A stretch of DNA of 64,000 nucleotides from Vicinamibacteria bacterium (lineage in GTDB: Bacteria; Acidobacteriota; Vicinamibacteria; Marinacidobacterales; Marinacidobacteraceae), in contig OZ219816.1 of the NCBI GenBank assembly GCA_964291235.2, positions 1,696,001 to 1,760,000 of the forward strand, read 5' to 3'. Below the pieces are notes generated by a model. The model was not told where the DNA came from, ran no database searches, and worked only from the letters and a program-made list of their open reading frames with translations. Below, piece after piece: positions 32,301 through 40,659 of the stretch. Position 1 is the first letter of the stretch, and each line of letters starts with the position of its first letter. The position numbers and the translations under genes are program-made.

Positions 32301-32672
32301 GAGCGGGTGGAAGCGCTGGCCGAGGCGATCGACGAGTCCGGCGCCGAGGGCGACCTGCGCTCCCAGGCGTCGGCCATCCGAACCGGACTGCTGGAGCTGC
32401 GGGTCCGGTTCCTGGGCGATGACACGGTACGGTCCCGCCGGGAGGCGGTCCTTCCGGGGATCCGCGACCGCATCCAGCGGGTGGTGGGCGCCTTCTGGTC
32501 CACCGCGGACCCGACCACGACCCACCGCCGCCAGGTAGAGATCGTCCAGGAACAGTTCGGCCCGGCGAACGCCGCACTGGTGGACCTGGTCGAAGTACAG
32601 CTCGCGGGTCTCGAGGCCCAGGCCGACGCGGCAGGAGTTCCGTGGACGCCGGGCCGACGCATCCCACAGTAG
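29391..32672 (+). CDS. VPS10/sortilin-like BNR(Asp-box)-repeat secreted protein, paralog 1
   Basis: LRGIGPAARSGRVAD, multiple SxDxGxTW Asp-boxes, YGGTQDN, LGTEFG, SFGRGFFILDD, APNPPFGA, HRVAWDLR. Confidence 0.9.
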   Translation: MLQSPLTRFAPTGGLLAAGLLTAGLLAAPTAAAQESPAVTESLLSGLKLRGIGPAARSGRVADVTIDPNDRATWYVAVASGNAFKTTNRGTTWEPIFENYPVYSTSTIVIDPENSNVLWLGSGENNGQRSAGYGNGVYRSRDAGASFQHLGLDESEHIGKIVIDPRDGDTVYVASQGPLWRAGGDRGLYKTTDGGATWDRVLHISEDTGISDVLLDPRNPDIVYAASWQRRRHTGLLVAGGPEGGIHKSEDGGATWRKLSKGLPSPDRHDIGRIGLALAPQDPDVVYALIAASDDASGFYRSTDRGESWEKRSDYICVDPQYYMEIFPDPHRPGRIYSMDVWVQITDDDGKTWRDLNSRWKHVDNHDLEFDPGDPDYLMVSSDGGIYESWDLGERWKFHANQSLTQFYRVGIDNDFPFYNVYGGTQDNATLGGPSRTINIHGIRNSDWLDVIGGDGFQARVDPDDPNIIYAQYQYAGIARFDKRTGERMEIQPQPEPDDPPLKWNWDAPLIISPHDGQRLYFGANRLYRSDDRANTWVPISEDLTRGINRAERTVMGRTWSTDAVWRNVFTSTYGNMVALDESPLVEGLLYTGMDDGRVQISGDGGLEWRAVDAVPGVPPRTYVADLHASRHRENTVYAVFNNHKEGDFKPYVMRSDDRGVTWEDITGDLPEDQLAWTVVEDPGQEGLLFLGTEFGLFVTLDGGDRWVRLKGGLPTIAIRDLEIQARENDLVAASFGRGFFILDDYTPLRRLSVDALAAEGTVFPVKDPWMYVEANPLGGGEKSQRGDAFYTAPNPPFGAVVTYHLRESVRSLREARRERERALAAAGEALLYPAWDELRAEDRAEDPAVFVVIRDSGGEVVRRIPAPGTAGIHRVAWDLRYPDPERGPIGPWSQRAGPLAMPATYTAELVRRDENGATRLGEPQAFTPKVLAAAGVPPVDVEARHAFQREVADLQRRVFGAVSALRASIERVEALAEAIDESGAEGDLRSQASAIRTGLLELRVRFLGDDTVRSRREAVLPGIRDRIQRVVGAFWSTADPTTTHRRQVEIVQEQFGPANAALVDLVEVQLAGLEAQADAAGVPWTPGRRIPQ

Positions 32673-32788
32673 GGGAGCAATCGGAAGCCCGCGAAAGGCG
32701 AGTGGTCGGCCGCGATTGAGCGGGCGATGGACGCCTTCAACCGCCTGGCCGCGCGCTAACGAAGGAGACGCACCGGCAGCGATTCCGT

Positions 32789-33226
32789 TCAGTCAGCCCG
32801 CAGCGGATTGCGCATCCGGATTCCCGGAAATCGGGCGAAGTCACGGTCCGCCGTCCAGAGTTCGCTCACTCCGTGCTCGTGAGCGAGCGCGGCAATGTGG
32901 GCGTCGTGGACCAGGTTCCCGGTCGCGCGCCCACCATGCACCATGGAACGGAGATGCCGCGTGTGCGCCGTTCCCTCGCCCAACAGAACCAGCGAGGGCG
33001 AAGCGAGAAGCGATTCGACATCCGCGAGTGCCTTTTCCAGGTCGGTTGGGGGATCGAAGACGCGGTGGTGGGTAACCACTCGAAGGAATTCGTACACGCA
33101 GGGCCACGGCAGCGCCCAGGGCTCGTCACCGTTGGCGAGCCGGCTCAGAAGCCGGTGCGCGCGGGCGTGGTCCGGGAGTTCCTTGCGGTACGCATAGATC
33201 AACAGGTTGGTGTCCAGCGCGATCAA
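32789..33226 (-). CDS. vapC: VapC PIN-domain toxin
   Basis: MIALDTNLLIYA...YEFLRVVTH...GNLVHDAHIAALAHEHG..LWTADRDF. Confidence 0.92.
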   Translation of the reverse strand: MIALDTNLLIYAYRKELPDHARAHRLLSRLANGDEPWALPWPCVYEFLRVVTHHRVFDPPTDLEKALADVESLLASPSLVLLGEGTAHTRHLRSMVHGGRATGNLVHDAHIAALAHEHGVSELWTADRDFARFPGIRMRNPLRAD

Positions 33227-33459
33227 TCCCGTCCCTCCATCAGGTCGAAGAGAGCGTCACGATCGTCCAGCCGGACGCCCGGCCGCAACCGGCCGTGTTC
33301 GGGCCGCCACCGGAGGCGGTAGCCGGATCTCCGAGTGCCTCCCTCCAGATGGGAGCGAAGCGCCCGCTCCACCACCGCGCGCAGAGTCGTGCCCTCGCTA
33401 GCCGCGCGTTGCTTGGCGCTGCGAAGGAGTTCGTCGTTCAGGTCCATGGTAGTCCGCAT
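33223..33459 (-). CDS. vapB: VapB-type RHH antitoxin
   Basis: MRTTMDLNDELLRSAKQRAASEGTTLRAVVERALR; overlaps the vapC start. Confidence 0.88.
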   Translation of the reverse strand: MRTTMDLNDELLRSAKQRAASEGTTLRAVVERALRSHLEGGTRRSGYRLRWRPEHGRLRPGVRLDDRDALFDLMEGRD

Positions 33460-33585
33460 TGCATAAGAGCATATCAAATGATGCATAAATATGCCAATCC
33501 ATGATCCCCTCACCGAGACTTCGCAGCCAGCGGTACCCTAGAACCCGGTAACCGGATTCGACCTCCGGACACCCGGAGGCCCCCC

Positions 33586-36500
33586 ATGAACCGATCCCTT
33601 CGAACGACTCCCGTTCTCGTCGCGGCCGTCCTAATCGCGGCTGTCGCGACTCCCCAGGACGCCGAGACCCCGGCCATCACCGAGGACACCCTCTCCGGTC
33701 TGAAGCTGCGCGGCATCGGGCCCGCGTCACGGTCCGGCCGGATCGCCGACGTGACGATCGACCCGAACGACAAATCCACTTGGTACATGGCGGTCGCGTC
33801 CGGGAACGCCTTCAAGACCACGAACCGCGGCACCACCTGGGAGCCGATCTTCGACAACTACCCGGTCTATTCGACCTCAACGGTGGTCGTGGATCCCACG
33901 AATTCGAACGTCGTCTGGCTCGGGACGGGCGAGAACAACGGCCAGCGATCGGTGCCCTGGGGGAACGGCGTCTGGCGGAGCCGCGATGCGGGCGGCTCGT
34001 TCGAGCACCTGGGGCTCGACGAGTCGGAGCACATCGGGAAGATCGTGCTGGATCCCCGGGACACCGACACCGTGTACGTCGCCGCGCAGGGCCCGCTCTG
34101 GCGGTCCGGCGGTGACCGGGGCCTCTACAAGACCACCGACGGCGGGGAAAGCTGGGAGCGCGTCCTCTACATCTCGGAAGACACCGGGGTCAGCGACGTC
34201 GTCATCGACCCGAGGCATCCCGACACCGTCTATGCATCGGCCTGGCAGCGGCGGCGGCACACGGGCGTCCAGATCGCGGGCGGCCCCGAGGGAGGCATCC
34301 ACAAGTCCGAGGACGGCGGCGCCACCTGGCGGCAGCTCACCAAGGGGCTTCCCTCGGCGAGCCGCCACGACATCGGCCGCATCGGGCTCGGAATCTCGCC
34401 GCACAACCCCGACGTGGTCTACGCGCAGGTCGCGGCCACCGACGGTCAGCGCGGGTTCTACGCCTCGACCGACCGCGGCGAGAGCTGGGAAAAGCGAAGC
34501 GAATACTTCCCGACGGACCCGCAGTACTACATGGAGTTCTTCCCGGATCCGCACCGCCCGGGCCGGCTCTACTCCATGGACACCTTCTCGCGCGTTTCCG
34601 ACGACGACGGCAGGACCTGGCGGCGGATCGAGATGGAGTGGATCCACGTGGACCACCACGACCTCGAGTTCGACCCCGACGACCCGGACTACCTGATGAT
34701 CAGCACCGACGGCGGTCTCTACGAGAGCTGGGACCTCGGCAAGAACTGGAAGTACCACGCCAACCAGGCGATCACCCAGTTCTACCGCGTCGGCATCGAC
34801 AACGCCTTCCCGTTCTACCGGGTCTATGGCGGGACCCAGGACAACGCCACCATGGCGGGTCCCTCGCGCACCGTCAACGTGCACGGCATCATGAACAGCG
34901 ACTGGGTGGACGTGCTGGGCGGCGACGGTTTCCAGGCCCGGGTGGATCCCGAGGACCCCAACATCGTCTATGCGCAGTACCAGTACGCCGGGATCGTCCG
35001 CTTCGATCATCGGACCGGGGAACGGACAGAAATCCAGCCGCAGCCGGAACCCGACGACCCGCCGCTGAAGTGGAACTGGGACTCGCCGCTGATCATTTCC
35101 CCGCACGACAACAAGCGGCTCTACTTCGGCGCCAACCGGCTCTACCGGAGCAACGACGGGGCGAACACCTGGACTCCGGTGAGTGACGACCTCACCCGCG
35201 GGATCGACCGCAACCAGCGTCTGGTCATGGGCCGGACCTGGAGCGTGGACGCCATCTGGCGCAACCGCGCCACCTCGACCTACGGCAACATGGTGGCGCT
35301 CGACGAATCACGCTTCGCCGAGGGCCTGCTCTACACCGGGATGGACGACGGGCGCATCCAGATTACCGGCGACGGCGGACTCGAGTGGCGGACCGTGGAC
35401 GTGGTCCCCGGCGTGCCCGAATTCACCTACGTGGCGGACCTCCACACCTCGCGCCACCGCGAGAACACCGTGTTCGCGGTCTTCAACAACCACAAGCAGG
35501 GGGACTTCAAGCCCTACGTGGTCCGAAGCGACGACCGGGGCGTGACCTGGCAGGACATCACCGGCGACCTTCCCGAGGACCAGCTCGCCTGGACCATCGT
35601 GGAGGACCACGAGCGGCAGGGGCTGCTCTTCCTCGGCACCGAGTTCGGCCTCTACGTCAGCCTCGACGACGGCGAACACTGGGTCCGGCTCAAGGGCGGC
35701 CTGCCGACCATCGCGATCCGGGACCTCGAGGTGCAGGAGCGCGAGAACGACCTCGTCCTGGCGTCGTTCGGGAGGAGCTTTTTCATCCTCGACGACTACA
35801 CCCCGCTGCGGCACCTCTCGGCCGAGATGCTGGCCGCGGAAGGCGCGGTGTTCCCGGTGAAGGACCCCTGGATGTACATCGAGGCGAACCCGCTCGGCGG
35901 CCGGGGGAAATCCCAGCGCGGGGCCGCTTTCTACACCGCGCCGAACCCACCGTTCGGAGCGGTGGTGACCTACCATCTGAAGGAGAGCGTTCTGAGCCTG
36001 AGGGACCAGCGGCGGGAGCGCGAGCGAGCCCAGGCGGCCGCCGGCGAACCGCTCCCCTACCCTGGCTGGGACGAACTGCGGGCGGAGGACCGCACCGAGG
36101 ATCCCGCGGTCTTCGTGTTGATCCGGAATGCGGAGGGCGAGGTGGTCCGCCGCCTCGAGGCGCCGAAGACCAAGGGAATCCACCGGGTGGCCTGGGACCT
36201 CCGGTATCCCGACGCGGCCGGCGGAGGGCGCGGGGGCCCGCTCGCGATGCCGGCGACCTACACCGCGGAACTGGTGCGGCGGGACGAGAACGGGACCACC
36301 CGGCTCGGCGAGCCGCAGTCCTTCACCCCGAAAGTGCTGGCCCGGGCGGGCGTCCCCGAGGGAGACGCCGAGGCGCGCCACGCCTTCCAACGGGAGGTCG
36401 CGTCGCTCCAGCGGCAGGTATTCGGCGCGGTGTCGGCGCTCCAGGCGTCCATCGAGCGGGTGGAAGCGCTGGCCGAGGCGATCGATGAATCCGGAGCGAG

Positions 36501-36825
36501 CGACGAGCTGCGGTCCCAGGCGTCGGCGATCCGGGCCGGGCTTCTCGACCTCAGGGTCCGCTTCCTCGCCGATGACACCGTCCGCGCCCGCAGCGAAGCC
36601 ACCCTCCCCGGCATCCGCCAGCGCATCCAGCGAGTGGTCGGGGCGTTCTGGTCCATGGCCGACCCGACGAACACTCACCGGCGTCAAGCCGAAATCGTGC
36701 GGGAGGAGTTCGCGACCGCCAACGCGGAACTGGTCAACCTCGTGGAGGTCCAACTCGCCGGCCTCGAGGCCGAAGCGGACGCCGCGGGTGTCCCCTGGAC
36801 CCCGGGACGCAGGATCCCGCGCTGA
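33586..36825 (+). CDS. VPS10/sortilin-like BNR-repeat secreted protein, paralog 2
   Basis: Colinear with and visibly highly similar to 29391-32672 along its whole length. Confidence 0.9.
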   Translation: MNRSLRTTPVLVAAVLIAAVATPQDAETPAITEDTLSGLKLRGIGPASRSGRIADVTIDPNDKSTWYMAVASGNAFKTTNRGTTWEPIFDNYPVYSTSTVVVDPTNSNVVWLGTGENNGQRSVPWGNGVWRSRDAGGSFEHLGLDESEHIGKIVLDPRDTDTVYVAAQGPLWRSGGDRGLYKTTDGGESWERVLYISEDTGVSDVVIDPRHPDTVYASAWQRRRHTGVQIAGGPEGGIHKSEDGGATWRQLTKGLPSASRHDIGRIGLGISPHNPDVVYAQVAATDGQRGFYASTDRGESWEKRSEYFPTDPQYYMEFFPDPHRPGRLYSMDTFSRVSDDDGRTWRRIEMEWIHVDHHDLEFDPDDPDYLMISTDGGLYESWDLGKNWKYHANQAITQFYRVGIDNAFPFYRVYGGTQDNATMAGPSRTVNVHGIMNSDWVDVLGGDGFQARVDPEDPNIVYAQYQYAGIVRFDHRTGERTEIQPQPEPDDPPLKWNWDSPLIISPHDNKRLYFGANRLYRSNDGANTWTPVSDDLTRGIDRNQRLVMGRTWSVDAIWRNRATSTYGNMVALDESRFAEGLLYTGMDDGRIQITGDGGLEWRTVDVVPGVPEFTYVADLHTSRHRENTVFAVFNNHKQGDFKPYVVRSDDRGVTWQDITGDLPEDQLAWTIVEDHERQGLLFLGTEFGLYVSLDDGEHWVRLKGGLPTIAIRDLEVQERENDLVLASFGRSFFILDDYTPLRHLSAEMLAAEGAVFPVKDPWMYIEANPLGGRGKSQRGAAFYTAPNPPFGAVVTYHLKESVLSLRDQRRERERAQAAAGEPLPYPGWDELRAEDRTEDPAVFVLIRNAEGEVVRRLEAPKTKGIHRVAWDLRYPDAAGGGRGGPLAMPATYTAELVRRDENGTTRLGEPQSFTPKVLARAGVPEGDAEARHAFQREVASLQRQVFGAVSALQASIERVEALAEAIDESGASDELRSQASAIRAGLLDLRVRFLADDTVRARSEATLPGIRQRIQRVVGAFWSMADPTNTHRRQAEIVREEFATANAELVNLVEVQLAGLEAEADAAGVPWTPGRRIPR

Positions 36826-36934
36826 ACGAAGCGCACCGAATCGCAAGCCGGGCGGGGACGAACCGGATGGAAGAGATCGACCGCCGGGCGCTCGGTGAGG
36901 CGATGTGCCCGCCCGCTACCGCGCGCCTCGTCGG

Positions 36935-37135
36935 CTATTGCGCGTCATGCAGAACAAGGCCCGGAACACGATCGAAATCCCTCCGGTTTCGGGTCGCCAG
37001 CACCATCGAACGAGTCATGGCGGTCGCGCCGATCAGCGTGTCCGGAAGGCGGAGTCCGGTCTCCCGGCGAATCCGCCCCGCACGCTCGGCGATCTCTCGA
37101 TCCACGGTTAGTTCACCCAGCGGAGCCAGCAAGGG
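36935..37135 (-). pseudogene. C-terminal half of a VapC PIN toxin
   Basis: LLAPLGELTVDREIAERAGRIRRETGLRLPDTLIGATA...LATRNRRDF; no N-terminal DT motif upstream in frame. Confidence 0.8.
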
Positions 37136-37192
37136 CTCGCCGGGTGGGTCGGCAGCCTCGTTCGGGCGTGCTCAGCGAGCGGGCGGTTGATA

Positions 37193-38305
37193 TCAGACGG
37201 CTCCGGACAGCACCAGGAACACGTAGCCCTTCGCCTGCCGGAGTTGGTTGCCGGAAATGACCAGCTTGATGTGGTGAATGCCGCGTAGCAGCACGTAGCG
37301 GCCGGACTTCGCAAAGAGGGTTGTCGGTTTCGAAACCCAGTCGGCCAGCGCTGTCAGCTTCTCCGAGACTACGAGATCCTCATGGCTCAGGGCTTTCAGG
37401 AACGGTTCCCAATCGGTGAGGCCGTCGAGCCAATAGCGTGAACTCTTGGTGTATCGCTGCTTGACGATGAGCGTCAGGCCGAGTGTCGGACCGACGCCCT
37501 CTTCCTGCAAGTCAATGTTCACCCCGGTTCGGACCACGTTCGCGCGTTCCTCGAAGCGCTGAATCACCGCTTCGACGGCCGCGAGCTGGCCTGGCCAGCC
37601 CGTGCTTTCGAGGTACGACCCTACTTCCCGCTGCGATTGGAAGCCCATGACCGCCAAGCGGATCGCCCGTGAGCGGGACGGGAATACGCCGAACGAGTCC
37701 ATGCGAGTGTCTTCCGGCTGCGCCAGGTAAACGCGTTCGACGTTCGCCCGTTCGGCGTCACGCAGCTCCCAGCCGACGCCGGAGACGAGCGCGCCAACCA
37801 CGGTAACGGCGTCGTGTCCCTGACCGCGGGCGCCCATTATGGGTCGTTCGCCGGGCCGCAGGAATATTCCTGGAAGCGAGCCCTGACCGTCCCGAGCGGA
37901 GCCGATGTCATGTTCCAGCATCAGCTTGCGGCCCACGATCGCACGCAGGGGGGAGTCTTCCGCATCCATCCGGCGGAACAATCGCCCGATCACTCTTGCG
38001 GTCTCATCGGCAGGATCGGTCCGTTCGCGCTCCCGGAAAAACGCCGCCGTCCTGGTTCCGCTCGCGAGGGAGACGCCGAGATCCGCTCTTGGCTCCGGCG
38101 CATGCAGCGGCAGCTCGAAGCCGAACGGCAAGGCGCCCATCGTGATCGGAAGTTCCCGGGCGCGCTCGAGCACGAGGCCCCATTCCGGATCGCCGATAAG
38201 AACCGGCGAGATCCTGTTTCGGAAATGCCCGAGCAGTTCGCACATGGTGCCGCCTTCCTCGGCGAGACGATCCTCGGTGAGGGTGACTGCCTGGTCAAGT
38301 TTCAT
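37193..38305 (-). CDS. Conserved hypothetical RiPP-associated protein (possible ABBA prenyltransferase-like fold), cluster 1
   Basis: Last gene of the YcaO operon; shares PFGFELPL, ADLG.SL, GRK..LE.D, PG.FL, R.LAV.GF, RGIHHIK, K.YVF with 55865-57001. Confidence 0.8.
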   Translation of the reverse strand: MKLDQAVTLTEDRLAEEGGTMCELLGHFRNRISPVLIGDPEWGLVLERARELPITMGALPFGFELPLHAPEPRADLGVSLASGTRTAAFFRERERTDPADETARVIGRLFRRMDAEDSPLRAIVGRKLMLEHDIGSARDGQGSLPGIFLRPGERPIMGARGQGHDAVTVVGALVSGVGWELRDAERANVERVYLAQPEDTRMDSFGVFPSRSRAIRLAVMGFQSQREVGSYLESTGWPGQLAAVEAVIQRFEERANVVRTGVNIDLQEEGVGPTLGLTLIVKQRYTKSSRYWLDGLTDWEPFLKALSHEDLVVSEKLTALADWVSKPTTLFAKSGRYVLLRGIHHIKLVISGNQLRQAKGYVFLVLSGAV

Positions 38306-38314
38306 GTTGCGTCC

Positions 38315-40657
38315 TCACGCGATCACGGGTGCGGGATTCAGATCGGCTTCGGCGAGAGGGTGGTTGCGATGGCCCATCCTGACGGGCACGTCGTAGAGAC
38401 GGCCGGGGGCGAATCGTGCCCAGAAGTGCCGCATTCCGGGCACGATGACCCGCGCCACGGGCATACCGATGTCGGGCCGGGTCTGATCCAGCACCAGCAA
38501 CTCCATGCCCTTCGCTTCGACGAGCGCACGGCAGTTCTCCACATCGTCGCGCGTGTCTGCCGTTTCGATCGCCGCATACCGCGAAGCCTTGCACTGCGGT
38601 GCGTCAGCCGGCGCCAGCCAGGAACAATCGGCGAGACGAGCGGTTTTCCACCACCAAAGCGCCAGTGGGTCATCAATCGCGGGCCGGCCGTCTCTGCTCC
38701 CCGGCCGTGGCAGCCAGGTAAGGCATTGGTTCAGTTCGCACATCGCCCGCAGCGCCGCGATGCGCGGGTCGGCGTGGGCGCCGGCGCCGTAGATGATGTC
38801 CTCGGTCTGGCCCTCCGGCCTGCGCGAGAGCGCGACGAAGGTGGGAATGCCTATATCGGAGGTGACGTCGAGCATCCACACGTCCCGCTCGTAGCGGGCG
38901 TAGTGCTCTGGGGCCGATGCGAGGTAATCGTCGTCGAAGGTGGCGAGATCGACCGCCGGGGCCCGCAGCCGGTTGTACCACCAGATTGCGAACGCATCGC
39001 GCTCTACCAGTTCATAAAAGCCCTGCAGGACGGCTTCTTCCAGGGTATTGCCGGCAGCGCAGCCGTTCGAATCGGCGATCAGGTCCGCAGGGCCGCGCCG
39101 TTCGGCGGGCATGCTGTAGAGCATGGACGTCGGCAGATAGCGATGCCGCTGCTGCGTCAGCGACCACGCCGGTGTCCAGTCGATTTCGGCGTCGGGATCG
39201 AGACGCTGCGGGACGATGTTGTACGGATGACCCTTCGCGTTGATGCTTGCGGCATTGTCGAACTGATGGTCGCTGAACAATTGCGCGTCGTTGGGATGGA
39301 TGGCCTCGCCGCCCGCGAACTCCCTGAACCGCCTCCGCAGGCGGATCTCATCTCCACTGCACGCGCCCGAATGGCGTTCGACCGCTTCGCAGAGCGCGCT
39401 GACCCTGGATTGCTCCCGAGTGGCGCCCTTGCCGGCGCTCTTGCTCCGGAGGCTGCGCCGGAGCGAACTCAGGGTTCGGCTTCTCACGCCGAGATTGCTG
39501 CCGGCCCAATAGACGTGCAGCCACGAATCGTTCTCATCGGTGGTGCGCGACAGCCAGGTCACGACCCCACTGATCGGGCTCACCAGGTGGCGGTATTTCG
39601 CCAGCGTGACTTCCGGCGACACGGTGCGTGCGCCGCCGCTGTTGCGGTGAGCCTTGGGACTCGCTTTGAGAGACAGCGGCACCGGAAGCCGGTCCGGCCG
39701 ATGGAGCGCTTCGTCGCCACAGGCCGGGCACTGCGGCCGGCGCACTACGGGGTGTTGCGAACTCGTGAAGGTGCCGACGTTCATGGCAATCGCGTGTTCG
39801 TGAATCGGGGCCGCGTCCTCCAGCACGAGCCACTTGACGATTTCGGCCGCGATCAGCCGGTAGAGCGCCTCCAGAACCGCGGGCTGGGCCGCGAACGGCT
39901 TGAAGGCCGCCTGGTCGCCGGCAATGTTGCGCAGAAAACCGTGGACCTCCTGATGGCTTCCCAGCCGGTACGCCAGACAGTCCCAGCAGGGTCCTTGTTC
40001 GCCCGCGTGAAAGACGGGGCCGAACAGCGCCTCCATGCCACGCGGCCGCACCAGCGTCCACGCCGCTTTCGCCTCGAGCTGGCGCCGATTCACTGCTGCA
40101 AGGTGCGTCTCGAGGTAGTCCTCGCAAACGATGACGGTGAGCGTGGGATCGGTAGTCCCCACGACGGCGCCGCCCTCCTCGAGATGCCGAATGAACTGGC
40201 TCTCGTCACCGTTGACCGCGATGCGCGATTCCGCCAGCCGCCTTTCGACCCAGCGCGGGGATGCGCCGAGCGACGACCAATAGGCGGCCCGGCGGCGGTC
40301 CATGCCGTGATCGGCAGAAACGACATAACCCTTGGCCGAAAGCGACCCAAGGGCCGAGAAGACCTCGGAGGCGGCATGGACGCCCTCCACGGCGGCGACG
40401 ATCGCATCCAGCGGGTGCTGACCATCGAGGAGCGGTAGCAGGTTGCAATACAGCTTGCCGTGCAGCAGGGTGTTGAAGGTTTCGGAAACCAGCAGCGTCT
40501 GCTGGTCGCCAATCTGGTGAAACCGGAGGTGCGGTGCGAGAGCAGGAAGCTTGACCAGTCCCCGGTCCGCGGAGGTTCTTCGCGGCAGGATTCCGGGCCG
40601 GGAATTCGTGTCCGTATGCCTTGCCAGCGGGGACTTCCGCGCCGAATCAGCCGGCAT
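38315..40657 (-). CDS. Fused E1-like/YcaO cyclodehydratase (TOMM C-D), cluster 1, SrpC-like
   Basis: GPCWDCL, RRPQCPACG, LVSPISGVV, SAGKG, ALCEAVER, DSNGCAAGNTLEEA, ELVERDA, ARVIVPGMRHF, C-terminal LNPAPVIA; start ATG 40657. Confidence 0.95.
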   Translation of the reverse strand: MPADSARKSPLARHTDTNSRPGILPRRTSADRGLVKLPALAPHLRFHQIGDQQTLLVSETFNTLLHGKLYCNLLPLLDGQHPLDAIVAAVEGVHAASEVFSALGSLSAKGYVVSADHGMDRRRAAYWSSLGASPRWVERRLAESRIAVNGDESQFIRHLEEGGAVVGTTDPTLTVIVCEDYLETHLAAVNRRQLEAKAAWTLVRPRGMEALFGPVFHAGEQGPCWDCLAYRLGSHQEVHGFLRNIAGDQAAFKPFAAQPAVLEALYRLIAAEIVKWLVLEDAAPIHEHAIAMNVGTFTSSQHPVVRRPQCPACGDEALHRPDRLPVPLSLKASPKAHRNSGGARTVSPEVTLAKYRHLVSPISGVVTWLSRTTDENDSWLHVYWAGSNLGVRSRTLSSLRRSLRSKSAGKGATREQSRVSALCEAVERHSGACSGDEIRLRRRFREFAGGEAIHPNDAQLFSDHQFDNAASINAKGHPYNIVPQRLDPDAEIDWTPAWSLTQQRHRYLPTSMLYSMPAERRGPADLIADSNGCAAGNTLEEAVLQGFYELVERDAFAIWWYNRLRAPAVDLATFDDDYLASAPEHYARYERDVWMLDVTSDIGIPTFVALSRRPEGQTEDIIYGAGAHADPRIAALRAMCELNQCLTWLPRPGSRDGRPAIDDPLALWWWKTARLADCSWLAPADAPQCKASRYAAIETADTRDDVENCRALVEAKGMELLVLDQTRPDIGMPVARVIVPGMRHFWARFAPGRLYDVPVRMGHRNHPLAEADLNPAPVIA

Positions 40658-40659
40658 TC

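Noticed and set aside
29073-32525. 1150-aa minus-strand ORF (likewise 37814-40438, 18313-20712, 962-3127, 57131-58876, 35308-36846)
   Set aside because: Antisense shadows of well-supported genes, expected in high-GC DNA; no recognisable motifs
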